DNA of 63,295 bases, filler included, from Asterionella formosa (taxonomy: Eukaryota), in NCBI GenBank assembly GCA_002256025.1. It is 5 parts of 5 records of this genome, joined end to end, with 100 filler letters (N's around TTAATTAATTAA, not from the genome) between each part and the next. Parts side by side here need not be neighbours in the genome. Positions count along the whole stretch, not along the records: positions 1 to 12,597 come from NKIB01007384.1; 4 more parts are not named here. The stretch is one strand, 5' to 3'. Under the pieces are notes generated by a model. That model was not told the origin of the DNA. It saw nothing but the letters and a program-made list of their open reading frames with translations, and did not search any database. Shown piece after piece: positions 1 to 12,597 of the stretch; the first letter of the stretch is position 1; each line of letters begins with the position of its first letter. Both the position numbers and the translations under genes were made by a program.

Positions 1-910
1 AGACAAACTAACCTGTTTACTGTAACAGTTGTACTTAGTCTCCAGTGAATCCAAATAGACAGGTATGTTGCCTTTAAAAGGTTGTTTGTAGATCTGTAGT
101 GGTCTTCAAAGTTACCACCATGGTCGTTTGAAAGTCACTAGCTTTGTCGTCTTCATTGATTTTTCGGGGTATCAATACCAGCAGCCATGAAATAATGGTG
201 GCACCTTGGTACCAGGTACCAGTAAGAAATAGCTAAATATAAACGTTCACGTCTGTCCATCGCCAATGCTTAAAATGCAGACGTAAGTTAAGCAATAGTA
301 GCCACTCATCGATTTCGCGCCATCATGCATTCTGGCTGTTCCTGGTACCAGGTCCCAAACAAGGCGGAATTGCACCACGAAAAGGAAAAATATAATGAAA
401 TATACTACCGTAAAACAATAATGAGCGAATAATCGACGAGCCTGCCTGATGGTATCTATACTACCAGTACCTGCACAAGGTACAAGGTAGGAGTACCTCG
501 TAACTGGTACCGGTACGGAAATATATGTATACCGGTACATCAGCTGGTACCAGGTATCATACTATTGTCCTATGCTTGTGATATAAATACCAGTAGATTC
601 TGGCACCGGTAGTCGTTCGTGACCAACAACCCATCAAACAAATAATATATGGGTGGTAATAAATAGAAGCTATCATAGCTACAGTACACAGCTGAAATAC
701 AATACCGGGCACTCGGTGAATCCCGGTACTTGGTACCGGCATATCGGTATGTTCGGTATACCGGTACATGTGGTGAGGTACCAGGTAGGTTAGGTACCAG
801 GTACGTTCTTAGTGTGATATTGATCGAACACACAAGAAGTGGCCTTCCCGTAGTTCACGATCCATCGAAGTGACAACTAGTATTCGGAGCAAGCAAACAA
901 CAACAAAGTC

Positions 911-2121
911 ATGTGCGGAATCATCGGTGTACTGTTGGCAAATGAAGAGGGACATGTAAGTGACTTAAGGAATAACTTGCACTCGATTGGAGCGCCGGGT
1001 ATTGCACACAAATGCAAAGTCATACAATGTCTCTCGCCTTGCCTCCTTGCGAAACGACCCGAGATCTGCGCGCAACAACCTACACACGCCCCTTCCTCAC
1101 TCTTCTACGCATTCTATTCCTTCAGGTCAATCAAATGCTGTTTGATGGCTTGACCGTCTTGCAACATCGTGGCCAAGACGCTGCGGGCATGGTCACCGCA
1201 GAACGTCGTCGCTTGCATTTGCGCAAGGACAACGGACTTGTCAAGGATGTTTTTCACACACACCACATGATGGAATTGAGAGGAAATGTTGGAATTGGAC
1301 ATGTTAGATACCCCACCGCGGGATCCAGCTCCTGTGCCGAGGCACAGCCTCTGTACACCAACTACCCTTATGGCATTTGCATGGCACACAACGGAAATTT
1401 GACCAATACTGAGGAGTTGACCAGGGTTATCAGAGATCAAGTTGGTGTAAGTGCACCTTGACTTGATTGGCCTTTCGCTCTTTCATGTCGTACAGCTTAG
1501 ACTTACCTTTTCGCTCACCACCCATGCAGCGACACGTCAATACGGACTCGGACTCGGAACTATTGCTCAACGTGTTTGCCGAAGGTTTGACTAAGACCCT
1601 TGGACCGGAAAAGAAGGACGGCCTTGACATGAAGGAAGCTGTGTTTTCTGCCATGGAATCAGTCATGGCGCAGTGTGAAGGAGGATTTGCGGGGATGTAC
1701 CTTATCAATGGAGTGGGATTGGTCGGATTTCGTGACCCACATGGGATTCGACCAATGGTCTTTGGATCGAGAAAGGCCAAGCACCTCGATACGGAAGCTG
1801 TCAATGGTGCAGTACCCGGTACTCCAGCGAGAATGACTAGTGCCAGCAAGACTTTGGACTTTTGTATGGCGAGTGAGTCGGTGGCTCTGGACACTCTAGG
1901 ATTCACGGTTGTCCGGTAAGTTTTTGTTTGTTCCCTTCACATCGCCCTGTTTGTGTTACCTGCCGTGCTCACACGCACATGCACACACACCCCTATACCG
2001 ATTCCCATACAGCGACATCAAGCCAGGCGAAGCAATATTTATGGATATGAACAGTGGAAACTGCCATTCTCGGATTTGTCATCCCAACCCCAGTCTGAAC
2101 CCATGTATCTTTGAATATGTA

Positions 2122-2154
<33 letters not shown>

Positions 2155-3093
2155 GTCAGCGTCTATGAGACACGTCTCAAAATGGGAGAAATGTTGGCAA
2201 ACAAAATCATAAAGCAGCGTCCTGACCATGATATTGATGTCGTCATTCCCATTCCTGACACATCTAGAACGTCAGCCTTGCAAGCCGCCTATCAACTCGG
2301 TAAGCCCTTTCGCGAGGGTTTTATCAAAAATAGGTACATTGCTCGGACATTTATCATGCCAGGACAGGAAGTACGAAAGAAGAGTGTCAGGTTGAAGTTA
2401 AATACAATCAAGAGTGAATTTGCGGGACGCAACGTATTGTTGGTGGATGACTCCATTGTACGTGGAACTACCGCCAATGAGATTGTCCAAATGGCGAGAG
2501 ACGCAGGAGCTCGAAAGGTGTACTTTACAAGTGCGGCACCACCCATCCGGTATCCTAATATCTATGGTATTGATATCCCCACACAGCATGAGTTGATTGC
2601 ATATGAGCGTGATGAAGACGCAATTGCCAAGAAGATTGGATGCGACTGGATTATGTAAGTATATTTTTGATGTCATCAATTGAGATGGATGATTTGCGAC
2701 TATCCAAAGTAACGCTGCTTCTCACACATGTGATTCTCTTCATGTATCTCATATAGCTACCAAGACTTGACCGATCTAGAAGAAGCTGTCAAATCATGTT
2801 CGCCGAAAGATTCACCATCACTTACTGGGTTCGATACCAGTTGCTTCAGTGGCGAGTACGTAACGGGACAAAGCATTGGTGATGACTACTTCACGAAGTT
2901 GCACGAAAACAGGAATGATACTGCTCAGACAGAGCGGAATGCTATTGGTGAAAGTAATGACCGCAAACGCCCTTTACCGCAACAAAGCAATAATGGATGT
3001 GATTCTATTTCAAATGATAAACGGCATGGTATTAATCGGGAAGATTCCTGTGAGCCGATTGCGAACAACCATTCCGTTGGTCTTGTGAGCTAA
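911..3093 (+). CDS. purF: Amidophosphoribosyltransferase, 5 exons: 911-955, 1126-1446, 1530-1915, 2013-2654, 2757-3093
   Basis: N-terminal MCGIIG (Ntn Cys), [54 protein letters not shown] and CFSGEY motifs. Four GTAAG...AG introns join all exons in frame. Confidence 0.97.
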
Positions 3094-3265
3094 ACTACCA
3101 ACCTAAACGATATTTACGAGGAACCTGAAATAATAAAGTTTTGAGTGTTAATGGATCATGCGGCATTTGCTACGTCAAGCAAAGCCCATGCGGCTGCATC
3201 CTACAATATAGGCAACGCATTTTGATAAGTTATCAGATTACATATGTTTGTACAGCCGAACAGAA

Positions 3266-5010
3266 TCAAGCATAGTCCGAGTAGACTGGCTCCCTGAAGG
3301 ATTTTCCCTCTAGGCCTACGCGCTTCTGGAATATAGAAATGGAATTCTGGTAGTGTTTGTGGGGCTCCAAGAGGGACAATTCCACGTACTCGTTTGGTGG
3401 CATTCCTGTTTCGTCTTTGCCCTTGCGTGCCCTAGTTGCTTCAAGCCAATCTCTGGTTCCCTTGTTCGTCAATGTAGAGTGGCAGAGCAGGAACCCACCT
3501 GGACGAATGCTAGGCCAGCATGTTGAGCAAAAGTCCTTCATTCGGTTTCCAACCCCAAAGTCACACCATAGGACATCGATGGATTCTGGTTCCAATTCGA
3601 GATCGAATGCATCTCCTTGTATGAATTTCATGTATTGTCCGAGGCCAAGTGTTTTTGCGACAGCCGTGGCGCCGGTTGCCGTTTCTTTCTGATGAAGGCA
3701 ATTGTCAAGACACAGCAGTGAACTTGCTCGTTGGTCAAATGACTCTACTATTTCCGGAACAGCCCATGGCCAATCTAGTAAGCGACATTCACCGCGCCTT
3801 TGCAATTCTCGTATCCTTTTCATTTCATCATCGTTATCTTTCAAGGCCTGCAGTATCCACAAGCTTGTATATCCGGCACCAATTTCAACCACGTTCTTCA
3901 TTTTAGTAAAGCGAAGGAAAGCGTATATAAAAGTCCCAATATTTTCAACACCCATGTGTGGATTGTACAGGGACGAAAGATGGTGGAGAAAGTTGCTATT
4001 TAAAGTTGGTGATTGAAGCATAAATGTCTTTCGGACTAAGTGGTCGTGCCTGAGGAGATTGTCTTCAAGTGGGAGTTTTTCTCGTTGCGTCGAGAAGAGG
4101 ACATCGGATCTAATGACATACTTTGGTCGACCCGACTTTACAGGAGCACCTTCATGGACCGGCCAGTGCTTCCTGGCGTAGTCCACAGCTTCTTCCGTAA
4201 CGGCCTGAGGAAAGACAAGCACAGATCCTGCCACTGGCCGCACAGAAGCAATGAGTGGTGGTGTCGTACCCAATGCATCATCCAGTTCACTGAGTGGTTG
4301 GTAAAACTTCGTCTCTCCACCAACAAAGTCATCATTCAAGTACATGAGAACTGTCAATCGAGAAACAACATTATCGTCGTCGTCTGTTGCGTCCCAAATT
4401 AACTCTGATCCATCAGCCGAAAGTCCCGACGGTGGGAAGCCCGCGTCAATGTGTGGAGCAAAGGTTTCCTCACCCCCAGGTGCGTACCGATAAACTCTCC
4501 ATCTACGATTTAAGCCAGAATAAACTAGTCGAACATCTTCAAACTTATCAGGACCGTCCATTTCAGTTCTCCTTTTCTCCACGTCGTCTATAGCTACATG
4601 CCGACTGATGACTTGACCAACACAGTTTGCCACTTCCTGTGAAACCAACACCTGCATAGCTCCATGGCAATTTTTTCCGGCTTGATAGCTGCCAAAGCCA
4701 AGTTGTTCGGTAACATGAATCAACTGTTCGCAAACTAGTTTCGATAACACGTCATGCAGCACAAATGCAGGACCTTGACCAAGAACCCCTTCAAGTCCTG
4801 CGGCCTTGCTCTTGGTGCAGCCACTGCCACGAAGGATGGCATCAGACTCAGATGAGGCATAGAAGGATGGAACAGCCATTGCACCCAAGAACGATTCATC
4901 GCCGTCGCCTTGATTGCGAATTCTCGTTACGTTCCCAAGGATACTACATTCGACCAAGGTGGAATCACTCGCGGTGGGAACAACAGAATAACAGCGAGAA
5001 AATTCGGTGC
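3266..5010 (-). CDS. Fusion of a prolyl-4-hydroxylase-like 2OG-Fe(II) oxygenase and a class I SAM-dependent methyltransferase; 5' end runs into the gap
   Basis: The 563-aa ORF stays open up to the N-gap. Oxygenase motifs: RVYRY..FAPHIDAG (HxD), LTVLMYLNDDFVGGET, HEG, KYVIRSD. Methyltransferase motifs: VVEIGAGYTS, GDAF, IDVLWCD, IRPGGFLLCH. Confidence 0.85.
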
Positions 5011-6051
5011 NNNNNNNNNNNNNNNNNNNNNNNNNNNNNNNNNNNNNNNNNNNNNNNNNNNNNNNNNNNNNNNNNNNNNNNNNNNNNNNNNNNNNNNNNN
5101 NNNNNNNNNNNNNNNNNNNNNNNNNNNNNNNNNNNNNNNNNNNNNNNNNNNNNNNNNNNNNNNNNNNNNNNNNNNNNNNNNNNNNNNNNNNNNNNNNNNN
5201 NNNNNNNNNNNNNNNNNNNNNNNNNNNNNNNNNNNNNNNNNNNNNNNNNNNNNNNNNNNNNNNNNNNNNNNNNNNNNNNNNNNNNNNNNNNNNNNNNNNN
5301 NNNNNNNNNNNNNNNNNNNNNNNNNNNNNNNNNNNNNNNNNNNNNNNNNNNNNNNNNNNNNNNNNNNNNNNNNNNNNNNNNNNNNNNNNNNNNNNNNNNN
5401 NNNNNNNNNNNNNNNNNNNNNNNNNNNNNNNNNNNNNNNNNNNNNNNNNNNNNNNNNNNNNNNNNNNNNNNNNNNNNNNNNNNNNNNNNNNNNNNNNNNN
5501 NNNNNNNNNNNNNNNNNNNNNNNNNNNNNNNNNNNNNNNNNNNNNNNNNNNNNNNNNNNNNNNNNNNNNNNNNNNNNNNNNNNNNNNNNNNNNNNNNNNN
5601 NNNNNNNNNNNNNNNNNNNNNNNNNNNNNNNNNNNNNNNNNNNNNNNNNNNNNNNNNNNNNNNNNNNNNNNNNNNNNNNNNNNNNNNNNNNNNNNNNNNN
5701 NNNNNNNNNNNNNNNNNNNNNNNNNNNNNNNNNNNNNNNNNNNNNNNNNNNNNNNNNNNNNNNNNNNNNNNNNNNNNNNNNNNNNNNNNNNNNNNNNNNN
5801 NNNNNNNNNNNNNNNNNNNNNNNNNNNNNNNNNNNNNNNNNNNNNNNNNNNNNNNNNNNNNNNNNNNNNNNNNNNNNNNNNNNNNNNNNNNNNNNNNNNN
5901 NNNNNNNNNNNNNNNNNNNNNNNNNNNNNNNNNNNNNNNNNNNNNNNNNNNNNNNNNNNNNNNNNNNNNNNNNNNNNNNNNNNNNNNNNTGGATAGATCT
6001 ACCTTTCATCGATGATTTTGCGGTGCGCTGGGTTGATAATGGTAATCGCAC

Positions 6052-7641
6052 ATGATGGACAAGACAATCAGCACTGAAGGCTCCCCAACACCTCCCAAAG
6101 ATTGGGATCGATGTCATGTCTATTTGAGTCGGAAAGGCCGCTTCTGCAACCAGTTTCCATCCAAGAATGGAACACATTGTGGCAACCACGTCCATCTACT
6201 ACGCAGCGCTAATTCCGAACATTGCACTGATGAGAGGGAACGAATTCCATGTCCAATCGATCCATCGCACTTGATATTTGCAGATCAAGTAGAAAAGCAC
6301 CAATTGATTTGTCCCAAATTTAGAAACCAAAGGGAGCAAGAAGGTCGGCCCTACTTTAGGCGCAACGTGAATCTCGGTGGGCATGGTGGGATGGGAGATA
6401 CAAGTCCACGCGACAGGACAGCTGCGTGGGCACAAAATTTTGCGTTGAAGCTGTTGGAGATACACCAGAAGCTCTATTGTGGTAAGTCTCCCAAAGATAT
6501 TCGGCACCTAACGAACGATGATATTTATGATGCGATTCCAATGAAGGATCTGTCACAGCCGGAGATAGCCGCTGGTTTGCCGGAAGCTGTGGAAGCGTAT
6601 CGAATCAAGTCTGGTGGTCACCGACATTTGATTCAACAGGCGAGTTTAATAGGCCATTTGCGAAGGATAGGGGTGCTACCAGGATTAAACGAGTCGAGTT
6701 CTGCAAACGACATCATATTTCTGGAGATGGGAGCTGGAAGGGGAATGCTCGGACTGGTTGCAGCTGGCGTAGCATCCTTAAGGGAAGCAGACATGGCGCG
6801 CCTTGTTCTGGTGGAACGTTCTGGATCTAGGTCAAAGGCGGATACAGTGCTTAGGACGAATGCTGGTGAAGGTCAACCTGGCGAGGCAAGTCAGCAATAC
6901 ATGAGGCTAAGGACTGTCGAATGGACTAGAATACAGTGTGATTTGGCACATGTTCACATGCCGACTGTTCTCAACCAATACACTTGTGAAAATGACGAAC
7001 CTTTGGGAAGGAAACGGAAAGGAAGAGATTATTTGGTACGACCTAAGGTTGTTGTAATCGCCAAGCATCTATGTGGGGCTGGAACTGACCTTGCACTCAA
7101 GTCTCTCAAGGGTATTGCTTCGCAAGTTGATGCATGCATTATGGCCACATGTTGTCATGGAGTCTGTACATGGAGTGAATATGTGGGAAGGGGATATCTT
7201 TGTGAGGCATTCATCAAACACAATCTTGAGTTTGGAATGCATGAATTTGAGCTCATCAGGCGATGGAGCACTGGAACTGTCGCAACAGAAGGCAATACAT
7301 TAAACAAAGAAGCATGTGATGACAAGGAATACGCCAAAACTGCCTTTTTTGATAAAACTTCAGAACTGCATTCAGACAAAATGAATGATTTTCCAAATGA
7401 CAATTTTACTCTGTCAACAATAATCCAACAGGCTGGTCTGTCTTGTGATGTACACGGTGTTGGCAGAGCATGCCAAAGGCTCCTGGATTATGGTCGCTGT
7501 AAATTCCTGGAACATGAGCTCAAATTTGCAGGTTCACCCTCTCCAAATCATGTTGAACTGTGCCACTATGTGCCCTCTATGGTTACCCCACAGAATGCAG
7601 TTTTAGTTTGTTGTAAACCACTAACTGAGAAAGGACCGTGA
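6052..7641 (+). CDS. TRM13: tRNA:m(4)X 2'-O-methyltransferase TRM13
   Basis: N-terminal CCCH finger (C..Y...KGRFC...CGNH), CHHC finger (RIPCPIDPSH...KHQLICP), EMGAGRG, KHLCGAGTDLAL, ATCCHG and C-terminal YVP...TPQN. Confidence 0.92.
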   Translation: MMDKTISTEGSPTPPKDWDRCHVYLSRKGRFCNQFPSKNGTHCGNHVHLLRSANSEHCTDERERIPCPIDPSHLIFADQVEKHQLICPKFRNQREQEGRPYFRRNVNLGGHGGMGDTSPRDRTAAWAQNFALKLLEIHQKLYCGKSPKDIRHLTNDDIYDAIPMKDLSQPEIAAGLPEAVEAYRIKSGGHRHLIQQASLIGHLRRIGVLPGLNESSSANDIIFLEMGAGRGMLGLVAAGVASLREADMARLVLVERSGSRSKADTVLRTNAGEGQPGEASQQYMRLRTVEWTRIQCDLAHVHMPTVLNQYTCENDEPLGRKRKGRDYLVRPKVVVIAKHLCGAGTDLALKSLKGIASQVDACIMATCCHGVCTWSEYVGRGYLCEAFIKHNLEFGMHEFELIRRWSTGTVATEGNTLNKEACDDKEYAKTAFFDKTSELHSDKMNDFPNDNFTLSTIIQQAGLSCDVHGVGRACQRLLDYGRCKFLEHELKFAGSPSPNHVELCHYVPSMVTPQNAVLVCCKPLTEKGP

Positions 7642-8437
7642 ATTATGCTAATCTGAAGTGACCCTACAATATAACACTTTGGACTTGGAAGTCAGAAATT
7701 ATAAACAAGCAATCATTGCTGAGGAAGACTACAAGTGACAATCAAGACACTTTACTACGGGATTTCCTGTTGTTGCACTCCATATCAATTGTCCTAGAAA
7801 TAGAATGCGACCAAAATGAATCACCAGGTACCGGTAGGTATGTTCACTCTGCGGTAAGCTGTTTGAACGAAGGATATGGTAGTAGGGAATGTACGGGAGC
7901 GATAGTCATTTTGTTATTTGTGCCTAACTGGCAGGAAGACATAATAGTCGGGTCATGATGACTACTACCGGTAGTTGCAGGGTCTTCTTCGCACATACAT
8001 ATGACAATAAAAAATTATTGATATGTGAGATCGCACCTGAAAGTTCGCTTGCTTTTGTTTTCACCGCCAAACAATAAAAAGAACCGTCGTTTGTTACAAG
8101 GTACCGCACCCTGCGCTCGTACTCACTCGATTACGGAGGGGTAAAAATCGGTCTTCGCCCCTTATGTACAAACAACCATGTACTATGTCCCTACCGGTAG
8201 CAATGAACAAAGCTAACTGGACCATTCCATGTAGCAGGTACAAGCAGACTGTTTAATCGTTGGCTTCTTTTCTGCCTATGGACTTGGTACCCCCAGGAAC
8301 CTTTATATCGGTACCTGCTACCACGTACCAGGTTGTCTACTCTGTCCCTGGTACTACCTGGACCCTAACTTATTAGAGAGCGACCAAGCAAGTCACGTTA
8401 CCCCCCCCCGGTATTCAGTTTGCCTGCTGGACGACGA

Positions 8438-8535
8438 ACCTGCAAGTTGCGGTAATTTTGCTTTAACTAAAGATTTAGCTGTCATTATCCTATATTAAAT
8501 TGTTTATGTTAGCAAAATGACCGCAACTTGCTGGC
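8438..8535. repeat. Small inverted-repeat (MITE-like) element upstream of the HMG gene
   Basis: GCAAGTTGCGGTAATTTTGCT pairs with AGCAAAATGACCGCAACTTGC (21 bp, 1 mismatch). A copy of one arm recurs at ~62554-62578. Confidence 0.6.
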
Positions 8536-9010
8536 ACATCTGGAGCCCAAAAACTCTTTGACAAGCAACGACTACAGGTACATCAAACGTTTTCTACATA
8601 GGTATAGTCTACCAACCATCAGTGATACCGGACGGTACAAGGTCGAACAGTCGAAAACGGAGTAAAAACTACCGGTATGCCGGTATATCTTAATTCGCTT
8701 GCTGACCAATTGAGTGCATTGCTTTCTGGATAAAGCCACACGTAAACCGGTCTGTACACAACTTATGGGTTCTATGTTCTATGTAAAGTTCTACATATAT
8801 ACAACTGCATCGTATAATTACTAAAACCTTGTTGTATAAATCAATTAAATGATGTGCGTTGCAATCAATGCAAAGAAGGGACATTTCTTGCAAAAACAAG
8901 AAGCAAAGACAATAAGCAAAAGAAACCTACGACGATTATTAGGAGGCGACCAGTCGACTGTAGTATAGCCTGCTTTCTCTCTTCTTTCTTCTGTCAGATC
9001 CCCCTGCTCA

Positions 9011-10609
9011 ATGTCGTCTTCAACTTACGAATCTCCATCAGACAGTTCTAAAACAGAAAGTCACAGTCACAATGTGATGGGAGAATTCGCTGATAGCAAT
9101 GGTCATCCTGATTTCGGTGATCAAATTCGGAAGAAGGAATCAATGCAGTCGCCAAGATCACTCTCTGCTTCATCAATGCCTTTGCCTCTTCTGGAAACAG
9201 TACTTTCAAGTTTACCGGAAAGCTTACGAACAGAGCAGAAATCTGCGCCCGCTAAGAAACCACCAATCGAGAAGAAGTGGCGCTGGAAGAAGCCGATAGG
9301 CCGCCCAAAAAGGCCTTTATCAGCATACAACCTTTTTTTTCGGCAGGAGCGGCAGAGTCTCAGGAATGTTCGAAATTTGAATGATTTTGATGATTCGGAC
9401 AAGGCGCTTGGATTTGCCGGACTTGCCAAGCATGTGTCGACAAAATGGAAAAACCTTGACGACGAAACCAAACAGATTTTTGAGGAACTCGCTGTTGTCG
9501 AGAAGCAAAAGTACTTTGTATCTGTGGATGAATGGAAGAAAACTAGTGATGTAAAAGACGCTAATTTGGTCGAAGAAGAGTCGAACTCCATGGAAAGGGC
9601 AAAGGAAACCAGCACCCTTATTGGCAAGGCAGCAGTGAACTCGTCAGCGGTAAACCCTACCCCTCCCGGCACGCAATTTCAAAACGCGTCACATTATGAT
9701 GAGGCAATGTTATCCAATTCCTCTGCAATGCAGCATCAACAAAATTTCATGATTGCTCAAATGGTCTTGTCACAGCAGATGGCGATGGACCATCACTATT
9801 CGTCGATGTCAGCTGTATTGCAAGATCAAGCCACGACTATGGCACATCAATATCCGTTTATAGGCGCCTATGCTCGTAGTTCGTCCATGCCGATGGCTAC
9901 GATGGAAAATCAGAACAGATCAGATCCTGTTATTCCGAAAACACAGAGAAGCGCGTCGATGCCAAGGGGAATGCAAACCAAGTGGGCCGGCACATTGATC
10001 AATTCCGAATCTGAGCACTTTGAGCATGATGGCGAAGACTGTCACGATGAACTCATCCAAGCTGATACCGTCACTGATCTACCGAATTTCCCCAGTCGTC
10101 GAATGTCGCTGCCTGTGATTGGAGCAGAACGTAGAATAGGTGAAGCTATCAGGTTTTCTCGACGAAGTGCTTCGATGCCTTTGGTCAACATGGAGTACAC
10201 TAACTCCAATGAGAGCAGCAGCATTCAGGAAGGTCATGAATTTTTCGACTCGTGTCAGCGAAACAGTAGATACGTGAATAATAGTTTGGATCATTCTCTG
10301 GATGAAGAATGGGGCGATTGTCAACGTGACGGGATTGTGAGTAACCGCCGACTGTCTATGCCAGTTGTCACTTCTGGACAGACCTCAGAATCCACCGTAA
10401 ATGCACAACGAAGAAGTTGCTCCATGCCTATGATCAATATGCGATACATAAGTTCAAACCATTTCACCAATCATCACGAGGTCGTTGAACAAATGGGCCA
10501 GAACCTTCAATTGGGAAATGCTAACCGTGAGCATGTTGCATCTTCTTTGGACATGAACATGGAAGACGAATTTGACGACCTACTTTCTCAGTTACGTGGT
10601 TCTACTTAA
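9011..10609 (+). CDS. HMG-box DNA-binding protein (532 aa)
   Basis: KPIGRPKRPLSAYNLFFRQER...GFAGLAKHVSTKWKNLD...FEELA..EKQKY HMG box, followed by a long low-complexity tail. Confidence 0.92.
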   Translation: MSSSTYESPSDSSKTESHSHNVMGEFADSNGHPDFGDQIRKKESMQSPRSLSASSMPLPLLETVLSSLPESLRTEQKSAPAKKPPIEKKWRWKKPIGRPKRPLSAYNLFFRQERQSLRNVRNLNDFDDSDKALGFAGLAKHVSTKWKNLDDETKQIFEELAVVEKQKYFVSVDEWKKTSDVKDANLVEEESNSMERAKETSTLIGKAAVNSSAVNPTPPGTQFQNASHYDEAMLSNSSAMQHQQNFMIAQMVLSQQMAMDHHYSSMSAVLQDQATTMAHQYPFIGAYARSSSMPMATMENQNRSDPVIPKTQRSASMPRGMQTKWAGTLINSESEHFEHDGEDCHDELIQADTVTDLPNFPSRRMSLPVIGAERRIGEAIRFSRRSASMPLVNMEYTNSNESSSIQEGHEFFDSCQRNSRYVNNSLDHSLDEEWGDCQRDGIVSNRRLSMPVVTSGQTSESTVNAQRRSCSMPMINMRYISSNHFTNHHEVVEQMGQNLQLGNANREHVASSLDMNMEDEFDDLLSQLRGST

Positions 10610-11912
10610 GGTATCCTGGAAAGCAGTCCATGGCCAGGTACTTGCTAAAATGTATTGGGATTCATCAGTTTGCTTGGAAGGACAAGGGGCAGTTACATTC
10701 GCCACCAAGCAAGGTTTGCTCTAGTCGGATATACCCTTTGGGAATTTCTTCGCTGTTTTTGACTGGGCTCCTGACAGGGAACAGCTAGTGAAATTGTTTT
10801 TTAAGGTGATAAATGGTTTCCTTCCCTATATTATAACTCGATGTCTCAATTTGTTTAGACTGCTGAAAAAATACAAAGAACACTATATAATCGTGGAGTC
10901 ACAGGTTGTACTCGTACCTACCTCCTCCGAGGCTTTCTCGTGTATTTGGCTTGTTATTCAGTGAGTAACTCTAGAGTGATGAGAATCTAAATTATGATTG
11001 GAAGGAAATCCAGACGTCTTGAAAGACTGAACTCCCGTACTTGGCTGGTTATAGATATAGTAGCTGTCAAAAATCTATCATGTTTGGCATGATGAGATGT
11101 TGTGATCATTATAATGAGGCAGATACGCCACCATTATACTAATGACTCAACTCACAAACCACGACCAAGAAGATGAACGCGCTCATCTTCAACATGCGTA
11201 ATATGTATATCTAGACAAGACAACACATGACTAGACTAGACAAGACTAGTGTAGAGAAGTCCTGGATTCATTTAGTTCCTTGCCTTTGTGAGCTCATGAT
11301 TTAAAAGTGGATCAACACATGCAAGGAGAGCAAAGTTGCAACGGCATGGTTGAGCCAATGGGGTTCCAAATTTCATCATACATGAATTGAATTGAATTGA
11401 ATTACTCGAATGTACTTTGTGGTGGTTGGCCTGCACACAGAAACAATTCAGAGGGCATCAATAGTGATGACAAATCATTCTTTGACCACAGGAAGCCATT
11501 AATGGCAAATTCCATCCACCACTTGTCATACATGTTGGAGGATCATTACGAAGCGGATCTATCATTTTTGCTCCACTCTCCACTCATCAGAACACTTGAT
11601 CAACTTCTACAAGTCAAAAGAGAAAAGTCAAAATGGAGAAGCTACATTTGCCACAGTTATAATTGATTTCAAGTGTGAGGCAATTAGACTTACAGAGGGT
11701 TCATTGTTAATTGCGATATCATTATTTGTTGACCTAAACATAATGTCCACTATGCAAACAATTCAGTCACAGAATAGTTTGGTTGAATTATTCCAGTACA
11801 GTCAGGTATCCCAGTCTTGAAAGTGATTATATAAAGCCCCCTCCTGTCATTGTTCATTAGTCAGTTCTTGTTTCCAATTTGTTTCCATCAAATTGATTTC
11901 CACAAATGACAT

Positions 11913-12597
11913 TGTCTGCAAATAAAAACCATCATATTCCTATGATGCATCATAGGATTATGATCATCTGATCATAATTTTTCGTTATATCATCAAATAA
12001 TTTTGATAAATGCCCTGGTATTTTAAATAGTAACCCTTTTGACTATGGAAATTTAATTATTATATGTTTTGTTTCTTTTAGGTTCCTTTATTTAAATTTC
12101 TTGGTAGAATAATGTCATACCAGCTAAAGTTATGTGGTTTGGCTCATCATCCTCACCAGTCCTAACTCTGATTCTTGCAACAAAGACAAAGCAGCCATGT
12201 CAAGAGGAGGAACAAGTGTTTGTCTTAAATCTTCATTCGTCATTCAAGTCATCATATGTCTTCGATGAATCATCATTTACAATGCACAGTATGTTTGTAT
12301 GCAATCCATTAAGACCTTGAAAAGAAATCCAATAAAAACGAAATGGCTCATCACACAAGACGAATATTTCCGGTCTGTCACCAGAGCATCAATCAGTATT
12401 ACAACCTCAATCATAGCTAAACAACATCCATTATAGAACAGAACAATCTACTTCTATGTTACATCATCTCTCTAATGAGAACATAATACGTTTATAATTG
12501 AAACACAGCGTCTGCAAATAAAAACCATCATATTTCCATGATGCATCATAGGATTATGATCATCTGATCATAATTTTTCGTTATATCATCTAATAAT
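11913..12597 (+). mobile_element. Left end of the IS630/Tc1-like element, with a second left end nested inside it at 12509
   Basis: Two (C/T)GTCTGCAAATAAAAACCATCAT termini. The sequence is colinear with the copies starting at 22725 and 55940. Confidence 0.8.

Noticed and set aside
4765..6195. Long ORFs spanning the N gap
   Set aside because: They consist of X residues and are not real coding evidence.
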